DNA of 64,000 nucleotides from Deltaproteobacteria bacterium (GCA_032128375.1 JAQBGU010000012.1:1-64000); one strand, 5' to 3'; counted from the first letter of the stretch, positions 13,347 to 26,298 are shown. The notes: generated from the sequence alone by a model not told the origin. Made by a program: numbers and translations.

Positions 13347-13664
13347 GTGATTTCTAAACTCGGAAAGATTGCACTCTGGACACTCGTGTTCGTCGCAGTA
13401 CCTCTGGTGGCGAGTGCCGACAGCGGAAGCGGCGACAGCAGCTGGGGCTATGCGTTGGGAGCGGGCCTCGCGATCGGCCTTGCAGGTCTCGGATGCGGGA
13501 TCGGCCAAGGCCTCACTGCGGGCAACACCACGGCTGGTATCGCGCGGAATCCGGGTGCGGCCGGCGCGATGTTCGTGAATTTCATCCTCGGCATGGTGTT
13601 GATCGAGTCCATCGCGATTTACGGCCTCGTGATTGCATTCATGCTGCAAGGGAAGATCGGCTAG
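13347..13664 (+). CDS. atpE: ATP synthase F0 subunit c with N-terminal signal-like extension
   Basis: GLGCGIGQG, IARNP, LIESIAIYGL; GTG start after AAGGAG. Confidence 0.95.
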   Translation: MISKLGKIALWTLVFVAVPLVASADSGSGDSSWGYALGAGLAIGLAGLGCGIGQGLTAGNTTAGIARNPGAAGAMFVNFILGMVLIESIAIYGLVIAFMLQGKIG

Positions 13665-13683
13665 ACGATCTGTTGGGGGCCAT

Positions 13684-13718
13684 GGAACGCGGAGCAAGGC
13701 ATGGTAGCTCCGCGTTCC
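13684..13718 (+). terminator. 12-bp stem-loop after atpE
   Basis: ggaacgcggagc-N11-gctccgcgttcc; no U-tract. Confidence 0.5.
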
Positions 13719-14141
13719 TGCCACCCGTCCCTGGCTGTCAGGATGGCCGGTGTCGGGGCTCCCTGTTCCTGTACATCGGGTAGACCGGGTGTAGACCCGG
13801 TTGCAGACCTCTCCCAAGACCGGCTTGCTGACAATATTTGGCTCAAGGGCTCAAGAACTCAAGGTAGAGCCGTCGGGCGAAAACTCGACGCGGAACTCAC
13901 CCCGTACAATTTCCACGCCGACCCATTGTTTTCACCCGACGACTCCGTTTCCGCCGAACCCCCGGTCCCATTAAGGGGTGGTGGCGGATGTGCGGAAGAC
14001 AGATGAATCGCATCCCGACTCACTCGCCTAGAGCAAGCCTCGTGCCGAACGGGTCGCGATCACTCGAGTCGGGGAATCCTCAGCCATTTCCAGCGGTTGC
14101 AGTTTGGCCACGCTGGCGTCCGCAACAAACTGTGACCGTTC

Positions 14142-14768
14142 GTGGGTGACACCTTGGTGAACGGCGGTCGGTTGATCGCGTTCGAGGGCATCGACGGCTG
14201 TGGCAAGAGCACACAACTCCAGCGCTTTGCCGAAAACGCAAGCAACGCGGGTTACGATGTCGTCGTCACTGGGGAGCCGACCAGCGGCCCGACCGGTCAA
14301 CGCATTCGCGCGATGGCTCGCTCTGGGACAGCGCTCGCGCCAGCGCAAGAGCTGCTTTGGTTCCTCGAGGATCGCAGGGTTCACGTTCGCGAGGTCATCG
14401 AGCCCGCTTTGGCTGCGGGCCGATGGGTGGTGACCGATCGCTACTTCCTATCGACGGTCGCCTACCAGGGAGCGCGAGGACTCGACTTTGAGCAGATCCT
14501 CGCCGACAGCGAGTCGGAATTCCCGGTTCCCGACCTCGTGGTGCTACTCGAAATCGATGTGTCGCTGGCACTCGAACGCATTCGGAGCCGCGCTGGTGTC
14601 ATCGAGGAAGTCTTCGAACGCGAAGAGTTTCTCGAAGCGGTCGCGGGGGTGTTTCGCGCAATCGATCGTCCGTACTTGGAGCGCATCGCGGCCGACTCGG
14701 CGCCCGAAGCACTCGCTGCGGAGATCTTCGCGCGGGTTCTGACGCGCTTCGGGCAACCGGAAACGTAA
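14142..14768 (+). CDS. tmk: Thymidylate kinase
   Basis: FEGIDGCGKST, EP, TDRYFLSTVAYQG, PDL. Confidence 0.95.
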   Translation: MGDTLVNGGRLIAFEGIDGCGKSTQLQRFAENASNAGYDVVVTGEPTSGPTGQRIRAMARSGTALAPAQELLWFLEDRRVHVREVIEPALAAGRWVVTDRYFLSTVAYQGARGLDFEQILADSESEFPVPDLVVLLEIDVSLALERIRSRAGVIEEVFEREEFLEAVAGVFRAIDRPYLERIAADSAPEALAAEIFARVLTRFGQPET

Positions 14769-14900
14769 CCGGCGAATGCTGCGGATTCATCGGTCGGCTG
14801 CCGCTGTCCGAATCTCGGTCAGGCTCCCTGTCGGCGCGGTAAGCTAGTGGGCCTGACCAGCCCAATCTCACGACTCTATTCAAGCCCAGGAGACCCCCCG

Positions 14901-15977
14901 ATGTCACAGCGGCCCCCCGACCCGGACAAACTGAAGGACTACGCGAAACTCGTGTTCGGCGCGCTCGGCGGCGCGATGACATCCGCACTGATCGGACTCG
15001 GGGATCGCCTGGGTCTGTACACGGCGATGTTCGAGACGGGCGCGGTGACCAGCCAGCAGCTCGCGGACAAGACCGGCCTCGACGAGCGCTGGATCCGAGA
15101 GTGGCTCCACCAGCAAGGGGCGGCCGGTGTGCTCGAATACCGCGGCGACGGCTGCTTCGAGCTCTCCCCGGAAGGCGTAGCGGTCTTGTCCGACGAGACT
15201 CATCCCGCTTTCGGCGCGGGCTTCTTCACGCAGCTTCCCGCGCAGCTGGCGGTCACGGAGCGACTTCCCGAGGCTTTCAAGACTGGCCTCGGTCTGCCCT
15301 ACGATGCGCTCGGGCCCGAGGGTGCGCGGGGTATCGAGCGGGGCCTCGCGCCGTGGTTTCGCGCACTGTTGGTTCCGCGCGCACTGCCGCGTGTCCACGG
15401 CATCGTTGCGCGACTCGAAGCTGGCGTGCAGGTTGCGGACGTCGGCTGTGGGGCGGGTGTTGCGCTATTGGAAATGGCGAAAGCTTTCCCCGCCTCGGAG
15501 TTTCACGGCTACGAGCTATCGACTCACGCCCTGGGCCGCGCAGAGCAGAACCGTACGGCGGCCGGTTTATCGAACGTGCAATTCCACAACGTCGAGACGG
15601 AACCCCTGCCCGCCGATGGGCGTTTCGCGTTCGTGACGACTTTCGATTGCCTCCATGATATGACGCGCCCCGATCAAGCGATGGCGCAGATCAGAAGGGC
15701 CATCACAGACGATGGCACCTGGTTGATCGCAGACATCAAGGCCAAGGCCAGCTACGAAGAGAACGTTGAAAAAAACCCCATGGCGGCGATGATGTACGGA
15801 AGCTCGGTACTCACCTGTATGTCGTCTGCACTATCGGAACCCGACGGCCTCGGACTGGGCACTCTCGGATTTCACCCGGCGCTCGCAGAAGAAATGGTCC
15901 ACGCGGCAGGCTTCCGCGAGTTCGAGGAGCTGGACCTCGGCCATCCCGTCAACGCATTCTACGTGGCGCGCCCGTGA
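14901..15977 (+). CDS. Class I SAM methyltransferase with N-terminal HTH (Rv2258c-like)
   Basis: GDRLGLY, ERWIREWL, VADVGCGAG, FDCLHDM, GLGTLG. Confidence 0.85.
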   Translation: MSQRPPDPDKLKDYAKLVFGALGGAMTSALIGLGDRLGLYTAMFETGAVTSQQLADKTGLDERWIREWLHQQGAAGVLEYRGDGCFELSPEGVAVLSDETHPAFGAGFFTQLPAQLAVTERLPEAFKTGLGLPYDALGPEGARGIERGLAPWFRALLVPRALPRVHGIVARLEAGVQVADVGCGAGVALLEMAKAFPASEFHGYELSTHALGRAEQNRTAAGLSNVQFHNVETEPLPADGRFAFVTTFDCLHDMTRPDQAMAQIRRAITDDGTWLIADIKAKASYEENVEKNPMAAMMYGSSVLTCMSSALSEPDGLGLGTLGFHPALAEEMVHAAGFREFEELDLGHPVNAFYVARP

Positions 15978-16174
15978 CCGCTTTCTAACCGCTTTCTAAC
16001 CGCTACCGCACTCTGCACCAAACTCGCATCCACTCAATGAACGATCCACAGTCATGAGATCAACCCTCGCCCCCCGCCCGCAGCGCGCGATTCCCCGGAG
16101 GCCCCCTCCGGCCCCCTTCACGCTCTTTGCCGATTCCGATTCTCTTCCCACGGGTCGCTAGGTCGCGACCCGTC

Positions 16175-16344
16175 ATGGTCTTCAGCTCCGTCGCCTTCCT
16201 CTACTTCTTCCTCCCCGTCTTCCTACTCCTCTATTGGGTGTTGCCACTTCGCCCTGTCGTGCTGTTGACGGCGAGCCTGTTCTTCTACGCCTGGGGCTGG
16301 TTGACCCAGTGCTCGCCGTCTCTGGGCCGGTTTCGAAATCTGGA

Positions 16345-16354
<10 letters not shown>
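16175..16354 (+). pseudogene. N-terminal remnant of an MBOAT O-acyltransferase (AlgI/DltB-like)
   Basis: MVFSSVAFLYFFLPVFLLLYWVLP...LLTASLFFYAWG is the typical AlgI start; the ORF ends after 59 aa, running into the uvrA end. Confidence 0.75.
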
Positions 16355-19182
<2,828 letters not shown>

Positions 19183-19188
<6 letters not shown>

Positions 19189-19219
19189 TGAGAGTTCACT
19201 GCGAGTTCACTGCGAATTC
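19183..19219. promoter_or_regulatory. 11-bp-period repeat containing GTTC-N7-GTTC over the uvrA start (possible SOS operator)
   Basis: CTTC at 19183, GTTC at 19194, GTTC at 19205, ATTC at 19216. Confidence 0.35.
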
Positions 19220-19237
19220 ACTGGCAATCCACTGGTT

Positions 19238-20278
19238 TCACTGAAACAGCGATTCGCCCGCGTCAGGATCGCTCGACTCCGTTTTGATCGGGTCGAAATT
19301 CGCGGCGTCGGCGAAATAGCCACGGCGCTTGATGTAGGTGTGCTCGCGGAGTTCATCCATCCAGGCTGCGTACTCGGCTTCGACCTTTTGCGAATACAGC
19401 GCTTGCTCGATCGCCGGGCGTGCCTGTTCGAACGTGACGGGCTCGTATTGGTTGCGTTCCACCAGTTTCAAGATATTGCAACCGAAAGACTGTTGTGAGA
19501 TCTCGCTCATTTCGCCAGGTTTCAGCTCCTCGATGAGGCCCGACATCCAACCGGCTAGCGCATCTTGGTGTACCCAGCCGATGTCACCACCGCTTTCTGG
19601 CGAGACAACGGATACTTCTGCAGCCACCAACTCGAACGATTCTCCAGCGCGAATTCGCGCTACGCTGGCCTTCAACTCCCTACACGCCGCAGAAATGTCG
19701 CGGGTGGGCGTTACGGGAATCAACAGATGCCTGAGGTGAACCTGCGTGCCACCCGCAGGTTGGTCGCTGAAGCGATCCGCGAAGATCTGACGAACCTCTG
19801 CCTCTTCGATGTTGACTTTGGCCTGCAGTGCCTGGGTCATGACCTTGCGCTGCTCGACCTTCGCGCGGATTTCTGCGCGATACTGCTCCATCGTCATGCC
19901 CTGGGACTCCACGCTGTCGGCGAGTTGCAAAACGGTGATGCCGTTGTCGGCCGCGAGCACGTTGATGACCTGGTCGATCTCGGCTTCGGAGGCACGGAGT
20001 TCGAGGCGCTCGACTTCGCTCTCGAGGATTTTCTGTTCGATCATCCGCTCCAGGCCATCGGCGCGGAGCTTGAACACCTCGCTCTGCGGCGCGCCTGCTT
20101 CGATCATCCGGGTTTCGGTCTCTGCAACTTTGGCCATCACTTCCGAGAACAACACGATATGTGTTCCCACCTGCGCAGCGATGCCGTCGACGAGCTCTTC
20201 GGACGCATGGATCGGCCTGGCTGATGCAATGCTGGCGAGTACGAGCCCCGCGGCAAACCACCGGAGCGAACGCTGCAT
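19238..20278 (-). CDS. surA: SurA-like chaperone / parvulin PPIase
   Basis: Signal peptide, VDGIAAQVG, HLRHLLI, SGGDIGW, ELREHTYI. Confidence 0.85.
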   Translation of the reverse strand: MQRSLRWFAAGLVLASIASARPIHASEELVDGIAAQVGTHIVLFSEVMAKVAETETRMIEAGAPQSEVFKLRADGLERMIEQKILESEVERLELRASEAEIDQVINVLAADNGITVLQLADSVESQGMTMEQYRAEIRAKVEQRKVMTQALQAKVNIEEAEVRQIFADRFSDQPAGGTQVHLRHLLIPVTPTRDISAACRELKASVARIRAGESFELVAAEVSVVSPESGGDIGWVHQDALAGWMSGLIEELKPGEMSEISQQSFGCNILKLVERNQYEPVTFEQARPAIEQALYSQKVEAEYAAWMDELREHTYIKRRGYFADAANFDPIKTESSDPDAGESLFQ

Positions 20279-20380
20279 GGGATCCCCCCTCACTTCCCGG
20301 AACAAATCCAGCCGCCCAGGATAGCCTGCGCGCAGTTTTCAGACGATGGAGCGAAAGGCCGCGTAGTGGCTCGGTAAAAT

Positions 20381-22450
20381 GTGCGAAGGGCGGTAGGGGC
20401 CGTCGTGACGAGCGATCACATTGCATACTATCGGCGCCACATGCGTCGTGAGAAATCCACCCGGTGGCAGTCCATTCAACGCATGGGCGCAGCCGCCCTG
20501 ATGGTCGGATCGGTAGGGTTCCTGGTCGTTCGCGGCGCGCATTCGCCCGATGTGCCATTCATCTCGCAGTCCGACGAGGCGCCCTGGATTGCGCCGGCGG
20601 TCGCCGTGTCGGCGGAACTCCACCAATGGGGTCGCGAGCAGGTCCCGGTTGCTCGATTTTCGCGAGATGTTTCTGAACTCGCATCGACCGGCAACGGCCC
20701 AGCCGTGCTGCAGGTTCGCGCGTTGGGCACCTATGCGGTCTACTTGAACGGGAACCGAATCGATCCCTCCTCGGCCCAGGCTGACGGCGACGGGCGCGAC
20801 TTCCGGGTGTTTCGAAATATCGAATTGCCCGCGGTGTCGCCCGGCGACGAGCTGGAAATCGACGTGGCGAATCGACACGGGCCTCCGCTGCTGTCGCTGC
20901 GTGTCGCGCCGATCGTTTCGGATCCGAGCTGGCGCGTGAGCTGGGCCGGCAACGACCTTGGCAACGCGGTCGTTGCTTCGGATACGCGAATCAATCCGCT
21001 CGCCTATACGGTCGAAACGCCGCTCGAGGCGCTCGTCGAGGGCCGGGTCGCCGTCATCGCCCTTTTTTTGGTCGGGGTGATTGGTTTCGGTCTGACCAGC
21101 ACACGAAGTGGGCGCATTTCGGGCGCCCGGTGGGAAAGCGGGGTGCTGTGCGCAGCCGGTGTCGGCTGGTTGTTCTTGTTCATTCGCAAGTTCCTTCAGA
21201 TTCCCGTCAGCGTCGGGTTCGATGCGCGGCATCATCTCTACTACATCGAATTCCTGCGCGAACACAGCGCTGTGCCGATGGCCACCGACGGGTGGTCGGT
21301 CTACCACCCGCCATTGTTTTATGTGGCGGCGGGAGTATTGCAGTGGGCTGGTTCGGCGCTTGGATCAGTCGGCGGCGTGGATGGGGCGACTCTCGGCTTG
21401 AAGTTGATTCCCTTCCTGGCCGGTTTCGGAAACGTCTGGGTGGCCGGTGCTCTGTGCCGCAAGCTGGGACTCACGTCGTCCGCCGTCGTGTACGGGCTGC
21501 TCTTTGGCGCCGTATTGCCGATGAACATCTACTCGGCCGCGTACTTTTCGAATGAAACGTTCCATACCTTTCTTGCCGGCCTTGCGATGCTGGTGATCGT
21601 GGAACTCCTGCTCGAGCGCGATGCGCGGATTTCGCGCGTCGCCTGGCTTGGGACGCTGCTCGGGTTGTGTCTCGCCACGAAGTTCACCGCAATTGTCGTG
21701 ACCGCAGTCGCCGGGTTCTTCTTGTTCACGAAGTGGCTGGCGGTAGACCGGATGGAGCTTCAGCGTGCTGTCGGCAGGCTACTGGTGATCGGGGCCGCGG
21801 CATTCGCAATCGCAGGTTGGTTCTATATCCGCAACTGGATCGCGTATGGCGATCCGCTGATGGCGAACTGGGGCAACATGCCCGGGCCCACGCTCGCGTG
21901 GTGGCAGCAGCCCGGCTTCCACACTTTGCCCTATTTCACGAGTTTCGGTGAGTCGCTGCGTCACCCGTACTTGTCCGCCTTCCATTCGTTCTGGGACAGC
22001 ATCTACTCCACCCTATGGGGAGACGGTGGGATCGCTGGGCGCGTGTCGCCACAAGATCGCCCCGATGTGTGGAACTACATCTTCATGTCGCTTGGCTTCT
22101 GGGTTGCGGTTCCGGCAACCGGGTTGATCGCGATTGGCTGCGTCCGAGCAGCGGCGTTCGCATTTAGCGACGCGGATCCCAGACGTCGCGCCGCGTTTTC
22201 CTTTTTGCTCACGTTGATCTATGCGGTGCTGTTTGGCCTGCTCGAGTTGGCACTTCGGTTGCCGTACTTCGCCCAGGGCAAAGCCAGTTATGGACTGGTG
22301 GTGACCGCGCCACTGGCGGTGTTGTTTGCATTGGGTGCAGATTGGCTGGATCGGGTTTGTCGAGGCCCACAGCTTGTAGCGCTACGTGCGCTCTTTTTTG
22401 GCTGGCTCGCTGTTTTTGCCGCGGCGATGTTCCTGGCATTCGCCGGTTGA
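20381..22450 (+). CDS. Polytopic membrane protein, GT-C fold glycosyltransferase-like (ArnT/PMT)
   Basis: GFDARHH...YHPPLFY loop, SNE, LATKFTA, WFYIRNWIAYGDP, many TM segments; start uncertain. Confidence 0.65.
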   Translation: MRRAVGAVVTSDHIAYYRRHMRREKSTRWQSIQRMGAAALMVGSVGFLVVRGAHSPDVPFISQSDEAPWIAPAVAVSAELHQWGREQVPVARFSRDVSELASTGNGPAVLQVRALGTYAVYLNGNRIDPSSAQADGDGRDFRVFRNIELPAVSPGDELEIDVANRHGPPLLSLRVAPIVSDPSWRVSWAGNDLGNAVVASDTRINPLAYTVETPLEALVEGRVAVIALFLVGVIGFGLTSTRSGRISGARWESGVLCAAGVGWLFLFIRKFLQIPVSVGFDARHHLYYIEFLREHSAVPMATDGWSVYHPPLFYVAAGVLQWAGSALGSVGGVDGATLGLKLIPFLAGFGNVWVAGALCRKLGLTSSAVVYGLLFGAVLPMNIYSAAYFSNETFHTFLAGLAMLVIVELLLERDARISRVAWLGTLLGLCLATKFTAIVVTAVAGFFLFTKWLAVDRMELQRAVGRLLVIGAAAFAIAGWFYIRNWIAYGDPLMANWGNMPGPTLAWWQQPGFHTLPYFTSFGESLRHPYLSAFHSFWDSIYSTLWGDGGIAGRVSPQDRPDVWNYIFMSLGFWVAVPATGLIAIGCVRAAAFAFSDADPRRRAAFSFLLTLIYAVLFGLLELALRLPYFAQGKASYGLVVTAPLAVLFALGADWLDRVCRGPQLVALRALFFGWLAVFAAAMFLAFAG

Positions 22451-22528
22451 GTGGAATGCGATGGGTTCCCGCCTCTCTGGCGTTATTGGCTCCTTGAGAT
22501 CCGAATTGGTTCCGATAGGCTGGTTGCT

Positions 22529-24010
22529 GTGCTCGAACTCGCCTTCCATCCCGACCGAAGCGGCGATACCCCAATTTACCGCCAGCTCGCCGATTATCTT
22601 CGCGAGCTGATCGTCACTGGCCGGCTAGCGGCTGGCGAAAAATTGCCCGCTACGCGAGAGCTCGCCGCATCGATCGGGATGGGTCGCAACACCGCGAATC
22701 TCGCGTACCGGACATTGGTCGACGAAGGTGTGCTGCTAGCGCACGTTGGCCAAGGGACGTTCGTCAGCGGTGCAGCGCCGCGCACGGTCGCCTCGGTGAT
22801 GGCACATCGCCGCGCTTTCGTTTGGGACGGGCTGTTCTCACGGTCAGCGCGAACACCGCTTCTGGCTGGTTTGCGGTCTCTGCCGATCCGAAGCATTCGG
22901 TTCGACTTCCGCGGAGGTCGGGTCGATGCGGAAGCGCTACCCGCCCGCGAGTTGCAGCGCGCCTACCGGGATGTAATCGGCGACAGTTTTCCCGCGATCG
23001 CGGGCGATGCCGACCCGTTGGGTTACCCGCCGCTGCGCGAGCAGATCGCGCGCTCGCTGTTGACGCGGGGAATCCGCTGCGACGCGACGGATGTGATTGT
23101 TACCAGTGGTGCGCAACAGGCGCTCGACCTGGTCGTACGCGCGCTCATCGACCCCGGCGATTTCGTCGCGATCGAACAGCCGGGCTACTTCGGAGCGGCG
23201 CTGTCGTGTCGCAATGCCGGCGCTGTGCTGATCGGGGTCGACGTCGATCGCGATGGGTTGCGGACAGACCAGCTGGCACGTGCACTGCGATCACAGCGCA
23301 TCAAACTCGTCTACACGACCCCCGCCGCTCAGATGCCGACGGGTGCCGTGATGAGCGATGCGCGGCGCGCGGCGCTGCTAGAACTTGCCGACCGGACGCA
23401 GACCCCGATCGTCGAAGACGACTACGACAGCGAGTTTCGCTACGAGTACCCCCCGCTTCCGGCATTGAAGACCCAAGACCCGGCCGGACAGGTGATCTAC
23501 GTCGGGACATTTTCCAAGGCGATCTTTCCCGGCTTGCGACTCGGTTATGCGGTTGCTGCGCGCCCGTTGTTGTCGAAGCTGGCTGCCGCGCGATTCGGCG
23601 CGAGTTTCGGCCCCGACGGACTGGCGCAAGCCGCGGTCGCGAACATGCTCGAGTCAGGTGCGTTCGAACGGCATGTTCGTCGGCTTCGCAAGCACTACGC
23701 CGAGCGCCGCTTGGCGTTGATTACCGCGCTGCATCTTCGGATGCCCGCCAGTACCACATGGAGCGAGCCGCGCGGTGGTCTCCAGCTGTGGGTCACGCTG
23801 CCCGCGGGCGCCGATGCAAACCGTATCGGCACCGAAGCGAGCGCCGCCGGTATCGCGTACTCGTCCGGTGTCGGCTGCTACCTGGACGGGCGCGGCGAAG
23901 ACCAGCTTTCACTGTCGTTCGCCAACCAATCACCGGCGGCAATCGAACAGGGCATCGCACGGCTGGGAAAAATCGTGGGTCGCCATCTTGCGACACGGAG
24001 GTCAGCATGA
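22529..24010 (+). CDS. MocR/GabR-family regulator (GntR HTH plus PLP aminotransferase-like domain)
   Basis: PIYRQL, KLPATRELA, GQGTFV, EDDYDSEF, GTFSKAIFPGLRLG. Confidence 0.93.
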   Translation: MLELAFHPDRSGDTPIYRQLADYLRELIVTGRLAAGEKLPATRELAASIGMGRNTANLAYRTLVDEGVLLAHVGQGTFVSGAAPRTVASVMAHRRAFVWDGLFSRSARTPLLAGLRSLPIRSIRFDFRGGRVDAEALPARELQRAYRDVIGDSFPAIAGDADPLGYPPLREQIARSLLTRGIRCDATDVIVTSGAQQALDLVVRALIDPGDFVAIEQPGYFGAALSCRNAGAVLIGVDVDRDGLRTDQLARALRSQRIKLVYTTPAAQMPTGAVMSDARRAALLELADRTQTPIVEDDYDSEFRYEYPPLPALKTQDPAGQVIYVGTFSKAIFPGLRLGYAVAARPLLSKLAAARFGASFGPDGLAQAAVANMLESGAFERHVRRLRKHYAERRLALITALHLRMPASTTWSEPRGGLQLWVTLPAGADANRIGTEASAAGIAYSSGVGCYLDGRGEDQLSLSFANQSPAAIEQGIARLGKIVGRHLATRRSA

Positions 24011-24417
24011 GAACGAGTGGGCTCGATGCATGGGGTTGGGTGTTCGCAGTGCTCGGGGTCGGAACCCTCGCTAACGCGGTCTGGATGTTAGCTGGCCCCA
24101 TGCACTGGTACACCGGTCTACCGGCAGCGGTTCCGGACACCGGACCCTTCAACCCGCATTTCGTGCGGGACATCGGCTGCGCGTTTCTCACCGTGAGCGT
24201 GGCGCTACTGTGGGCCGCGTTTTCGCGGGGCGTCAGGGAGCCGCTGGTTGCGATCGCGGCGCTGTTCCTGGTCGCGCACGGCTTGCTGCACGCGTACGAC
24301 ACATTGCGGGGTGCACTCGGCCACAACCATTGGTGGCTCGACCTTCCTGGTGTCTATTTCCCCGCCCTCGTGATGGCTGTGGCTGCGTTCAAGACCCGCC
24401 GCTCCTCGGTTGCTTGA
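24007..24417 (+). CDS. Small four-TM hypothetical membrane protein
   Basis: ATGA overlap with the regulator; GPFNPHFVRDIG motif; hydrophobic. Confidence 0.7.
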   Translation: MRTSGLDAWGWVFAVLGVGTLANAVWMLAGPMHWYTGLPAAVPDTGPFNPHFVRDIGCAFLTVSVALLWAAFSRGVREPLVAIAALFLVAHGLLHAYDTLRGALGHNHWWLDLPGVYFPALVMAVAAFKTRRSSVA

Positions 24418-24606
24418 CGCTCCAACCCCCAGCCAGGATTGGCGGACATCGTTTTGTAGCGCTCTGCTAGCATTCACCACAAAGCTGTGTGGAACACCGC
24501 TTTGATCGCGCTAGGCTGCAAAGCGCCCGTCCCGGGCAACCAGCGTGCACGGGTTTCGTGAACGCCGTGACGCGAAGGGGGCAAGGGGCGCAAAGGAAAA
24601 CACGCG

Positions 24607-24924
24607 GTGGTGATTCTCAGCAACGTCGAAACGATTCCGGGCAAGAACATCACGCGCTTTTATGGCGTCGTATCCGGGAGCACGGTGCGTGCCAAGCACG
24701 TTGGGCGCGACATCATGGCGTCGTTTCGGAACCTCGTAGGAGGCGAGCTCAAGGCATACACGGAGCTGCTCAATGACGCACGCGATGAAGCATTGCACCG
24801 CATGATGGAACAAGCCGAGTCGCTGGGCGCCAACGCAATCGTCAATGTGCGCTTTTCGACGAGTTCGGTCGCGCAGGGTGCGGCCGAGCTATTCGCATAC
24901 GGCACGGCGGTGCAGGTCGAATAG
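24607..24924 (+). CDS. YbjQ/UPF0145 family protein
   Basis: GRDIMASFRNLVGGELKAYTELL, GANAIVNVRF, AYGTAV. Confidence 0.92.
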   Translation: MVILSNVETIPGKNITRFYGVVSGSTVRAKHVGRDIMASFRNLVGGELKAYTELLNDARDEALHRMMEQAESLGANAIVNVRFSTSSVAQGAAELFAYGTAVQVE

Positions 24925-24925
24925 C

Positions 24926-25408
24926 GTGGAAAACTGGATCGGGACGGCTCTCGAAGTCGGAATCCCGCTGACGCTTCTGTTGCTCGGGTATTTCGTTGGC
25001 GGTTTCATCGAACGCCGCCACTACGCATCGATCCAAGAACGCGAACTGCGCTGGCGGAGCCTGCCGGCCGTCACGTTTCGCAGCGTTCCCGACGGCTGGA
25101 TCGTCGAGGACGCGACGTTGCTTTCGGGCAACGTGGTGATTTCGGTCGACTATTTCAAGCGCTTCCTCGCCAGCCTGCGGATGCTGTTCGGCGGGTCAGT
25201 CAAATCCTACGAATCTCTGATGGACCGTGCGCGCCGCGAAGCGCTGATCCGACTCAAGGTCGTGACGGTCGAGCGGGGATTTCATGCGCTGGTGAACGTG
25301 CGCATGGAGACCAGCCGGATGGCGAGCGCGCGGGGAGGCAATGCTGTCGCAGGAATCGAGGTGCTGGCATACGGAACGGCATTGAAGCTACGCAATCGCC
25401 CCGCGTAA
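24926..25408 (+). CDS. Membrane-anchored YbjQ-like protein
   Basis: N-terminal TM, GGSVKSYESLMDRARREA, EVLAYGTA; GTG start. Confidence 0.85.
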   Translation: MENWIGTALEVGIPLTLLLLGYFVGGFIERRHYASIQERELRWRSLPAVTFRSVPDGWIVEDATLLSGNVVISVDYFKRFLASLRMLFGGSVKSYESLMDRARREALIRLKVVTVERGFHALVNVRMETSRMASARGGNAVAGIEVLAYGTALKLRNRPA

Positions 25409-25419
25409 AAATGTGATCC

Positions 25420-26298
25420 TTGAGTTTCGACCCAGGGCTCCCGACTGAAGGCATCAACGTCTCGCCCACGCATCCGCTGCGCGAGGCTATGGTACTGGTG
25501 TTCGGTGTGATCGGAGTTGCAATCGTTGCGGTCGCTTCGATCGGCGTGATCGTCGATTTCGTTGCACCACGGATCCCGCCTGAGCATGAAGTCCGCTGGT
25601 TCTCGGGTTGGTTTACTGCAGACGATTCACCCGTCGGTGCCGAGCCGCGTGTCGACGCGCTGCGCGAGGTGTTGGATCGAATCAGCGCTCACTGGCCAGA
25701 CAATGCGTACACGTTTCGCGTCAGCATCTGGGACGAAACCGAACCGAACGCACTCGCGCTACCCGGAGGCACCATCGCGGTGACGACTGGCTTACTCGAC
25801 GCCGTCGCCAGCGAGAACGAACTCGCATTCGTTCTCGGACATGAGCTCGGTCACTTTCACAACCGCGACCACTTGCGGGGGCTGGGTCGGGGAATCGGCT
25901 TTTCGTTGGCGCTGTTTTCGATTGGAATCGGCGGTGGCGGTGGTGCCGCGGAACTCGCCTCTGTCGCTGGCCGACTCACACAGCGCGGTTTCGATCGCGC
26001 ACAAGAATCGGCTGCCGACGAGTTCGGCCTCGGTCTGGTGGTCGCCGAGTACGGCCACACGGCGGGCGCCACAGATCTGTTCCAACACCTCGCTGGGTCG
26101 GGCGAAGCTTCCACGCTCGCAAGCTACCTGTCGACGCACCCCTTACACGGCGACCGCGCCAATCGGCTAGAAGCCGCCGCGAGCGCCGCGGGCTGGTCGG
26201 TACGCGGCAAACGCCGCGCACTCGATTCGGTGTTGCGGCAATCCCCGATTCCCCAGGAACGTGAAGCGGAGTCGCTTGTCCCAGCCACGGAAGAGTAA
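25420..26298 (+). CDS. M48 family metallopeptidase
   Basis: PNALALPGG, LGHELGH, QESAAD, LSTHP. Confidence 0.9.
   Translation: MSFDPGLPTEGINVSPTHPLREAMVLVFGVIGVAIVAVASIGVIVDFVAPRIPPEHEVRWFSGWFTADDSPVGAEPRVDALREVLDRISAHWPDNAYTFRVSIWDETEPNALALPGGTIAVTTGLLDAVASENELAFVLGHELGHFHNRDHLRGLGRGIGFSLALFSIGIGGGGGAAELASVAGRLTQRGFDRAQESAADEFGLGLVVAEYGHTAGATDLFQHLAGSGEASTLASYLSTHPLHGDRANRLEAAASAAGWSVRGKRRALDSVLRQSPIPQEREAESLVPATEE

Noticed and set aside
22822..24006. 531-aa ORF overlapping the MocR regulator
   Set aside because: Alternative-frame Arg-rich shadow; only the part from ATG 24007 looks like a real protein
24487..24497. gtggaaca half-sites (also near 36535) as extra parS
   Set aside because: Only half of the palindrome is present
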